Source: Candidatus Poseidoniaceae archaeon (GTDB lineage Archaea; Thermoplasmatota; Poseidoniia; Poseidoniales; Poseidoniaceae). Taken from it: a stretch of 64,000 nucleotides of DNA. Position numbers and translations under genes: made by a program. Under the pieces are notes generated by a model. It did not search any database. It saw nothing but the letters and a program-made list of their open reading frames with translations, and was not told where the DNA came from. The DNA lies in the NCBI GenBank assembly GCA_964218365.1, contig CAXPMI010000060.1, forward strand, positions 13,089 through 77,088, given 5' to 3'. Each line of letters opens with the position of its first letter. The first letter of the stretch is position 1. This document shows, piece by piece, positions 57,404 to 64,000 of this stretch.

Positions 57404-59101
57404 ATGTCTGATTACGACGCACATGTTGCCGAAGTCATCAATCAGGTCCCTGAAGCGGATCCTGAAAAAGTTGCAGAGGCTTTTGCAAGATACGAGAAAG
57501 ACTTCTTGATTCCTCCAGAGGATGCAATGAGGTCTGTATTGAGAAGATTCCAATCTGATTCAGGTACTCCTGCGCAGACCAATCAGCAATCATCTAGTAG
57601 CCAAAGACAATCCCTACCAATTAACAAAGTTGAGAAGTTGTCGGACCTATCCGGAGATGATAGAAACGTTGAGATTGAGGTTGAGGTGGTTACCCATAAT
57701 CCTCGTACAACAATGGTCAGAGGAGAGGAAAAAATTGTTCCTTACGGCTTGATTGAAGACCAACCATGGTCAGAAGGCGGAGAAAGAACCAGATGGGAAT
57801 ATAAAGACTGGGGCAACAACCCAAACCTTGCTCCAGGTGCTGTTGTAAGACTCGAAGGAGTATCTGTAAACGAGTACCAAGGAAAGATGTCCATCAACAT
57901 CAATCAGGCGAGCAGAGTAGTAGTGCTGCGTGAAGGAGCTAGAACAGTAACAACTCCTGGTGAACCTGTTGAGATTAGTAGCATCAAGTCTGAGGGTAAC
58001 GTTACCGTCGTTGGCCGCTTACTTGCAAGCAGAAATGATGTAATCCATCGTAGGGATGGCTCTGGTTCTATAGACGTTGTAAGGGGCAGAATTGCTGACG
58101 ATACAGGCGCTATAGGATTCCTCTCTTGGGAATCATTCGATCATGAGGTTGGCTCACTTCTAAAGATAGAAAACGCTCAGGTAAACGTCTTCAGAGATAC
58201 TCCGGAAATCAACATCGGTTCATCATCTAGAATCGAAATTTATCATGATTCGAACTTCGCATCAGCCGAAGACTTGGTGGCTAGATCAGTGAGTAAAATC
58301 GAGGACCTGAGGGATGGTTCAAGGGATGTAGAGATCATAGTTGAAATTCAAAAAATGATTAGAAGAGATTTCCAAGGAAAAGATGGAGAATCTAAGAGTG
58401 TCTGGTCCGGAGATGTTGCTGACCCTACAGGTAAGTGCAGAACTTCACTTTGGGAAGAGCCACCATTTGATTTCGAATCGACTCCTGTTATTGTGAGGAT
58501 CAAAGGTGCTAGAGTTAGAGCATGGCAAGGTGTGCCAGACATCACAGTAGACAACAGTTCTCAAATTGAAATTCTCGCTGCAGCGCCATGGGGAGAAGAA
58601 GTAGACCTTGCTAACAATTTTGTAAGCGTTGAATTGGAAGAATTGTCCTCTGGTGCTAGTAGAGTTGGAATCTCAACACAAGGTACAATCGTGTCTATTA
58701 GAGAGGATTCAGGTATCATCTATCGATGTACTGAGTGCAGAAGAGTACTCAGAGATGGAGAATGTGCAACTCACGGGGCCCAAGAAGGAAATCAGGACGT
58801 TAGATTGCGTTTGGTTCTAGATAATGGCAAATCTACAATTTCACTTATTGTCAATAAATCTGCAACAGAATCATTGCTTGGAATTAGCCAGGATGAAATT
58901 TCCTCAAACATTTCAGAAAATGGAAGTATGCAATTCATTCAAGATTTGAGAGAAAGGCTCCTTGGAAGGGAATTACTTGCAAACGGAAGAACGATTGTTG
59001 ACGAACAAGGAGCAATGCTACTATCAGATGATGTCGAATTGATTGAGACAGACTCGGTTCTTGCAGCTTCTGAATTGCGCTCAAAATGGGGGGTGGTTTG
59101 A
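57404..59101 (+). CDS. rpa1: Replication protein A large subunit (RPA41-like, multiple OB folds plus zinc finger)
   Basis: Repeated OB-fold segments (VEIEVEV..., VTVVGRL..., VEIIVEI...). CTECRRVLRDGECATHG zinc ribbon. GAGGTG SD 6 nt upstream of ATG 57404. Confidence 0.75.
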   Translation: MSDYDAHVAEVINQVPEADPEKVAEAFARYEKDFLIPPEDAMRSVLRRFQSDSGTPAQTNQQSSSSQRQSLPINKVEKLSDLSGDDRNVEIEVEVVTHNPRTTMVRGEEKIVPYGLIEDQPWSEGGERTRWEYKDWGNNPNLAPGAVVRLEGVSVNEYQGKMSININQASRVVVLREGARTVTTPGEPVEISSIKSEGNVTVVGRLLASRNDVIHRRDGSGSIDVVRGRIADDTGAIGFLSWESFDHEVGSLLKIENAQVNVFRDTPEINIGSSSRIEIYHDSNFASAEDLVARSVSKIEDLRDGSRDVEIIVEIQKMIRRDFQGKDGESKSVWSGDVADPTGKCRTSLWEEPPFDFESTPVIVRIKGARVRAWQGVPDITVDNSSQIEILAAAPWGEEVDLANNFVSVELEELSSGASRVGISTQGTIVSIREDSGIIYRCTECRRVLRDGECATHGAQEGNQDVRLRLVLDNGKSTISLIVNKSATESLLGISQDEISSNISENGSMQFIQDLRERLLGRELLANGRTIVDEQGAMLLSDDVELIETDSVLAASELRSKWGVV

Positions 59102-60052
59102 TTGCAACCTGCTAGGAGAATTAGAAGACAACCAGCATGGCCAATGCTAGCCTCAGAGTTCAGTGATTCAACACTTAACCAACAGGGTTCGGGGGAATTT
59201 GACCCGATGTTCATCATAACAAAACTTGGAGCTAAGGTCAACAGAGTAATTGTGGCTGGGATGCTTGAGAGATTAGACCCTAGGGAAACATCGAATGGCT
59301 CTACTCTGTGGCAGGGACAACTCAGAGACCCCTCTGGCCTACACTTTTTCTCCGTAGGAGATTACGCTCCAGAATCAATGAGAGAGTTGACAATTCAATT
59401 ATCGTCTAGAATTGAGGATGGAGAATCAATAATGCTACTGATGACTGCAAAGGCTCGCTATTTCCAGAACGAAGAGGGTGCAGTATACACCAGTCTACGT
59501 CCTGAAGAAGCAGCTATTGTAACAAGAGAGGTTTACAGAAACTGGTTAGTAAGTGCTTGCAAAGGAATGCTAGAGAGAATGGATATGCAAGAAAAGACGA
59601 TTTCTCTCGAGAAGACAACCACTGCACTAGCAGCAGCCGGTATCCCCGAAATCATGAGAGAAGGACTTCTCTTGGCAGGTGAACACTATGGTGAGATTGA
59701 TACAGAGCCATATCGTTTGAACATAATGAATGCTCTGGATATTGCCGAAGACAAGATTCCATCATTAACACAAAATAACTCTCCTAACTCCCAAGCGAGT
59801 TTGGAGGTTGAAGAACAGGAAAGCACCCAAGAAGAGGCCCCCTCATCTGATGGTGAAGTTGATCTTAAACAAGTTCTACTTGATTTGATTTCCAGATTAG
59901 ACCAAGGCGAAGGAGTCGATTTTGACACACTATTGTCAAATGCTGCTGCAAGAGGTCATGACAGAGACGCATCCGAGGCAGCATTGGATGATTTGACAGA
60001 GGATGGCTCTGTGCATGAGCCAAGATTCGGTTGGTTTAAGATTACAAATTAA
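59102..60052 (+). CDS. rpa2: RPA32-like subunit (OB fold plus C-terminal winged helix)
   Basis: FIITKLGAKVNRVIVAGMLERLD OB start. C-terminal LKQVLLDLISRLDQGEGVDFDTLL...LDDLTEDGSVHEPRFGWFKI winged helix. Begins directly after the rpa1 stop (TTG 59102; ATG 59144 is the alternative). Confidence 0.6.
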   Translation: MQPARRIRRQPAWPMLASEFSDSTLNQQGSGEFDPMFIITKLGAKVNRVIVAGMLERLDPRETSNGSTLWQGQLRDPSGLHFFSVGDYAPESMRELTIQLSSRIEDGESIMLLMTAKARYFQNEEGAVYTSLRPEEAAIVTREVYRNWLVSACKGMLERMDMQEKTISLEKTTTALAAAGIPEIMREGLLLAGEHYGEIDTEPYRLNIMNALDIAEDKIPSLTQNNSPNSQASLEVEEQESTQEEAPSSDGEVDLKQVLLDLISRLDQGEGVDFDTLLSNAAARGHDRDASEAALDDLTEDGSVHEPRFGWFKITN

Positions 60053-60110
60053 TCTTCAATTCCAACAGGTTCAAGTCCCATTCGCGTTCTCGCTTGTAAC
60101 AGGTGAGCCC

Positions 60111-60464
60111 ATGGCAGGAACAGATTTCTTCATTCGACCGGCAAGTGGAACTTCTAGTTCAGACTGGTTAAGATTGCCAAATGCAGACATCAGTGTCTCG
60201 ATTTCCAGAAGGATAACTAGAACAGTTCTTCACGGTGGAGAAGGAGATGATTTGGTTGACGAGGGTGCAGAATCAGCGATTTATGTTGTCAAAGGAGAAA
60301 TGGACTTTGAGGATTACAAGAAAATTCTGAAAATGTTCAGAAGCGGCCAACCGTACATCCACGACCCATTCGAGGAAAGAGATGTAAAGTGTGTTTTTGG
60401 AAAAATCGAATATGACGGCTCTAGCAAGTTATACAACTTTGAATTAATTGAAGATATTAGGTGA
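60111..60464 (+). CDS. 117-aa soluble hypothetical protein, first gene of the Tad-like module
   Basis: AGGTGA SD 4 nt before ATG 60111. Its stop overlaps the next start (GTGA at 60461-60464). No TM helix and no motif recognised. Confidence 0.5.
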   Translation: MAGTDFFIRPASGTSSSDWLRLPNADISVSISRRITRTVLHGGEGDDLVDEGAESAIYVVKGEMDFEDYKKILKMFRSGQPYIHDPFEERDVKCVFGKIEYDGSSKLYNFELIEDIR

Positions 60465-61045
60465 GTGATTACATGCGTTCACTAGACGAGTCCAGAGAGA
60501 TCCTCTATGTGATTAGAACTTTAGATGTTCTAATGGGTTCTGGAGTTGGTCTTGAAGCTGCAATACACTCAATCTCACAGGGTGGTTACGGAATTATATC
60601 CAAGGATTTTGAAGGATTAATGGAGAATATCAACAAAGGTCGCCCATTAGAAAAAGAGCTTCGAGGCCTGTTGAAGAAAGCGGAAACAGATGGATACAAG
60701 CGTGTGATTAACACGATGCTGAACAATGTTACTCAGAACACTGACATCATCGAAACCCTGAGGAAGCAGGGAGAGAGAATGGAAGAGACAAGAACAGAGA
60801 GTGTCAAAGAGTATATTGAAGAGTTGGGAGGCGTGCCAGAAACTCTCCTATCAATCGGTATGATAGGTCCAATTATTCTGTCAATTCTAGGTATCGCACC
60901 TCAATTAATGGAGGACGCTGAAGAATTGTTCGGTCCAATGGACCAGGGTATGATAATGAGTATTGTCAACGTAGGTTTGTTCCTAACCTTACTTGGAATG
61001 GCAATGATTGGCCTAAAGGCCCATACAAAAGACCCGGGGTTGTGA
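60461..61045 (+). CDS. Single-domain T2SSF-family platform protein (TadC/TadB-like half)
   Basis: Cytoplasmic helical domain LDVLMGSGVGLEAAIHSISQ...GRPLEKEL followed by TM helices. 194 aa. GTG 60461 or ATG 60473. Confidence 0.65.
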   Translation: MSDYMRSLDESREILYVIRTLDVLMGSGVGLEAAIHSISQGGYGIISKDFEGLMENINKGRPLEKELRGLLKKAETDGYKRVINTMLNNVTQNTDIIETLRKQGERMEETRTESVKEYIEELGGVPETLLSIGMIGPIILSILGIAPQLMEDAEELFGPMDQGMIMSIVNVGLFLTLLGMAMIGLKAHTKDPGL

Positions 61046-61048
61046 TCT

Positions 61049-61780
61049 ATGTTATTCTCAATCCTTGAAATGTTTAGAAATGACCCTCTTTTATTGTTCA
61101 TTATTACACTCGGCGTAGCTTGTGCTATTGGTGGGATACCACCTATTTTGGAAAGAGTACGCAGAAGAGGTATTGAAAACGATTTACCTGCAATGCTAGA
61201 AGCACTTTCAGACTCGCTTGGAGCAGGACTCGGTTTACAACAAGCAATGATGGCTGAAGCTGATAGAAATACCGGAACACTTGGAAAACTCTTGAGAGAA
61301 ACTCTGGCTGAGAGTCACGCCTCTTCTTTTGACGCTGCTCTAGCAAGTTTCGCAACAAAATCACGATCCTCACAAGTTCAAAGGGTAATGCATCTAATGT
61401 CAACTGCTATAGAACAAGATGCTCCTCTTCAAAACATTCTTGCAGACATGTCAAGAGATTACGAGAGGCTTAATGATTTGATGAACCGTAGGGAGTCAGA
61501 TTTGATGGGGCGCTCAATCCTGATTATCATGTTTGTTTCAGTTGGACTTCCTTTCTTAATCGCATTCATCGTTGGACTATTCGCTCCTAGGACCCAAGGA
61601 TTCCAGCTTGAGTCATTCAATTCCTCATTCACAATGTTCTTTGGAGCGGCATCCTTTGTAGCAATCTCCGTTAGTGGAAGAATGCTTGGAAGAATGCGTT
61701 CAGCTCTTTGGTGGGCACCTTTGTGGATGGCAGTCTCTATGTCGATATATCATGTCGGAGTCTTAGTAATTGGAGGTTAG
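61049..61780 (+). CDS. Single-domain T2SSF-family platform protein (TadB/TadC-like half)
   Basis: N-terminal TM helix, then DLPAMLEALSDSLGAGLGLQQAM domain and C-terminal TM helices. 243 aa. Confidence 0.65.
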   Translation: MLFSILEMFRNDPLLLFIITLGVACAIGGIPPILERVRRRGIENDLPAMLEALSDSLGAGLGLQQAMMAEADRNTGTLGKLLRETLAESHASSFDAALASFATKSRSSQVQRVMHLMSTAIEQDAPLQNILADMSRDYERLNDLMNRRESDLMGRSILIIMFVSVGLPFLIAFIVGLFAPRTQGFQLESFNSSFTMFFGAASFVAISVSGRMLGRMRSALWWAPLWMAVSMSIYHVGVLVIGG

Positions 61781-61783
61781 AAT

Positions 61784-63019
61784 ATGGAGAAAATATTGGA
61801 GCAATATGGAAGAGTTACTGTTTACATGGAACCAAATCATCCATCACCGATGTACCATGTGGACGGTGGAGTTGAACCAAACCCCTATGGTAATCTTGCA
61901 GTATTACTAGAAGACGATAATCTGGAAGAGGTCATGTACAACGGCGGAGCTCAGTGTGTCAAAGTAGCACACAGGGACCACGGTATGTGTAGGACCAATG
62001 TTTGGGTAGATGACCAGCAGGGTCTAGAAGTCGCTAGGAATATTGCAGCATTCACATCAGTTCCACTTGGAGATGGTCCAGGAATGGTTCCTATCTTCGA
62101 TGGAAGACTTCCAGACGGAAGCCGTGTAAACGGTACAATTCCCCCAGTTTCTCCGGATGGTCCGACTTTGACCATCAGAAAATTCCGTGAGGACCCGCTA
62201 ACCATGATTGATTTGATTAAATTCGGAACCGTTAATCTAAGACTAGCTGCAATGATGTGGGTGTGGATTGAAGGTTTGGACAGCAGGCCTGCGAATTTCG
62301 TTATTGCAGGTGGAACAGGTTCAGGTAAAACCACAACTCTCAATTGTCTTGGAATGTATATTCCATGGCACAAGCGTCTTCTAACCGTAGAAGATACTGC
62401 TGAATTACAGGTATATCACGACCACTGGCTGAGAATGGAAACTCGCAGAGAGAGGCCAGATGGTACTCCTGCGGTTGACATGAACGATTGCCTAAAGTCG
62501 AGTCTACGTATGAGGCCGGACAGAATAATTGTGGGTGAAGTAAGGTCTAGTGAGTGTGCTACTTTGCTTACGGCAATGAATACAGGGCACGATGGTTCAT
62601 TCGGTTCACTGCACGCAAACACAGCAATGGAGACCATTACAAGAATGATTAATCCTCCAATGAACGTTCCACCAATTATGCTTACTGGTTTGGACCTGAT
62701 TATCATCCAAGCTAGGCTGTATGTAAATGGTAAGACTGCAAGAAAAATCACAGAAGTTGCTGAGGTTGCAGGAATGGAAGGCGATAAGCCTCGATTGAAT
62801 GCAATTTGGAAGTACAACGCTGCTACAGATAGGATTGAAGAAACAGGAATTCCTTCCAAGATGAGGGAAACGATTTGTACAGCAGCTGGAATAACTCCTG
62901 CTCAATTTGAGCAACACGTAAAGCAAAGGGAGCAAATCCTCGGAGATCTGCTAAATCGAGATATCAGAGATATTGAAACGGTTACCAAGGTTATCCAAGG
63001 TTTCTACGCATCACGTTAA
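61784..63019 (+). CDS. Type II/IV secretion-family ATPase (FlaI/TadA/VirB11 class), short form
   Basis: Walker A AGGTGSGKTT, LLTVEDTAEL, RPDRIIVGEVR, His box GHDGSFGSLHAN. 411 aa. GGAGGT SD. Confidence 0.85.
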   Translation: MEKILEQYGRVTVYMEPNHPSPMYHVDGGVEPNPYGNLAVLLEDDNLEEVMYNGGAQCVKVAHRDHGMCRTNVWVDDQQGLEVARNIAAFTSVPLGDGPGMVPIFDGRLPDGSRVNGTIPPVSPDGPTLTIRKFREDPLTMIDLIKFGTVNLRLAAMMWVWIEGLDSRPANFVIAGGTGSGKTTTLNCLGMYIPWHKRLLTVEDTAELQVYHDHWLRMETRRERPDGTPAVDMNDCLKSSLRMRPDRIIVGEVRSSECATLLTAMNTGHDGSFGSLHANTAMETITRMINPPMNVPPIMLTGLDLIIIQARLYVNGKTARKITEVAEVAGMEGDKPRLNAIWKYNAATDRIEETGIPSKMRETICTAAGITPAQFEQHVKQREQILGDLLNRDIRDIETVTKVIQGFYASR

Positions 63020-64000
63020 TCGTGAGAGAGTTTTAATCTGGCGAGTAAATCGTCAACACCGTCGATTTTTGCACGCATCGAGTTCACCCTATCTGCAGCA
63101 TCAGCAACCGATTCAGCAAGTTCTGTTTCTTCGTGAATCTCTTCTTCATCCTTTGATTTGAATTGCTGTGCAAGCCTTTTCAAATCTGTAATGATTGAAT
63201 CTACTTCAGTATCGCTTACCTTGATGCCAGGTGCTAGCCTAGGGATTTCACTTGGTGAAATGTGTCCTAATTCGGCACCAATAACTCCTGCAGCAGCAAC
63301 TACTCTTGGTCTCAACTCTGCATTATTGACATCATATCCCTTTTTGTCAAGGAATCTTATGACCAGTGCTTGTTGTGATTCACCAAATACACCTTCAGAT
63401 TTTTCTAGAATAGTTTCTACTAACTGCTCAAAGCCTTCGATATTCCTTTCTAGGCGGTCTAGCGTCCTCCTGTCATTTGAACTTAGGTGAATTGCTCCAT
63501 GCTGAAGGAGTCTGATAACTCTAGTTCTTCTTGCATTCTTTGGATTAGATGCAGCAATTTCTTCATCCAAAGAGACCTGTAAATCGAATAGTGCATGCAA
63601 CCTGCCTGATACAGAAGGTAGTCTAAGGTCGAGTTGCATACCTCTTGCAGCCTCCTCAAATGCCATTCTTGCCTTTACCATCTCGCCATCATTAGATGCG
63701 ATAATTTCTGGTAACATCTCCCTAAGGCGAGTTCTTGAATCTTCAAATTTGCGCAATGATTCTCGTTCTCTCCAAGAATTAGGCATTGAATGAATAGCAT
63801 CTTTTTCTTGCTTCGCCATATCGTCAAGATATAGCAGTCTGCCTTTAACAAAGTCAATCACATCTTGGCCATCAATCTCAAATCCATAATTGGAGAGGCT
63901 TGACAAGAAGGCGCTCACATCTTCTGAGTCGTCGATTGTTCCCACCAGCAGGAAATCTCTACACAATGCATCAATTTCAGCGATTCTTCCTTTGATTTCC
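63016..64000 (-). CDS. Helical/coiled-coil hypothetical protein, 5' end beyond the window
   Basis: The reading frame stays open from the listed TTG 63966 to the window edge (EIKGRIAEIDA upstream). Stop TAA shares TTAA with the ATPase stop. Confidence 0.45.
   Translation of the reverse strand, partial: EIKGRIAEIDALCRDFLLVGTIDDSEDVSAFLSSLSNYGFEIDGQDVIDFVKGRLLYLDDMAKQEKDAIHSMPNSWRERESLRKFEDSRTRLREMLPEIIASNDGEMVKARMAFEEAARGMQLDLRLPSVSGRLHALFDLQVSLDEEIAASNPKNARRTRVIRLLQHGAIHLSSNDRRTLDRLERNIEGFEQLVETILEKSEGVFGESQQALVIRFLDKKGYDVNNAELRPRVVAAAGVIGAELGHISPSEIPRLAPGIKVSDTEVDSIITDLKRLAQQFKSKDEEEIHEETELAESVADAADRVNSMRAKIDGVDDLLARLKLSHD

Noticed and set aside
60003-60110. N-terminal 36 codons of the listed 153-aa ORF overlapping the rpa2 end.
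   Set aside because: ATG 60111 has an AGGTGA SD at ideal spacing. The upstream part overlaps rpa2 and looks non-coding in that frame.
60111-60464. The idea that the 117-aa protein is the RPA14-like third RPA subunit.
   Set aside because: It is separated from rpa2 by 58 nt and has its own SD. It is stop/start-overlapped with the platform gene downstream. I see no OB-fold signature. The idea is left as an open possibility only.

Overview
This is an archaeal chromosomal window. It is extremely gene-dense: I count about 57 protein genes and only about 2 kb of non-coding DNA, so roughly 97% is coding. By eye I found no rRNA, tRNA, CRISPR array, transposase, integrase or long repeat. All family calls come from reading motifs in the supplied translations; no homology search was run.

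Archaeal information-processing genes:
- Orc1/Cdc6
- the rps6e, aIF2-gamma and PIN-protein block
- Dph2
- Hel308 and Cgi121
- an RPA41-like/RPA32-like pair

Genes typical of gyrase-bearing Euryarchaeota/Thermoplasmatota:
- gyrB-gyrA
- smc-scpA-scpB
- class II HMG-CoA reductase
- a bacterial-type class II CCA-adding enzyme

Together with many acidic proteins, EF-hand/PKD/TSP3 calcium motifs and large surface peptidases, this suggests a marine planktonic archaeon of the Marine Group II/III kind. That assignment is inference only.

Housekeeping metabolism: panE, nadB, aroD, a GcvH-like gene, acyl-CoA dehydrogenase, an isopropylmalate/homocitrate-synthase-like enzyme, tldD/pmbA and a tmk fusion.

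Candidates for something new:
1. A tightly coupled three-gene operon at 10922-13827. It is led by an Orc1/Cdc6-like AAA+ protein with degenerate Walker A and B motifs, and sits next to a palindrome-rich intergenic region.
2. A Tad-like four-gene module at 60111-63019 with a split platform protein, a short secretion ATPase, and no pilin gene in view.
3. An operon of HTH_10 regulator, divergent PCMT-like protein, HEAT-repeat protein and M61 peptidase.
4. A thymidylate kinase fused to an unknown Trp-rich domain.
5. A calcium-motif theme that includes an EF-hand loop on the GyrA tail.
6. Two ORFs below the 60-aa track cutoff that have strong Shine-Dalgarno sites.
7. Nine of ten convergent gene pairs share or abut their stop codons.
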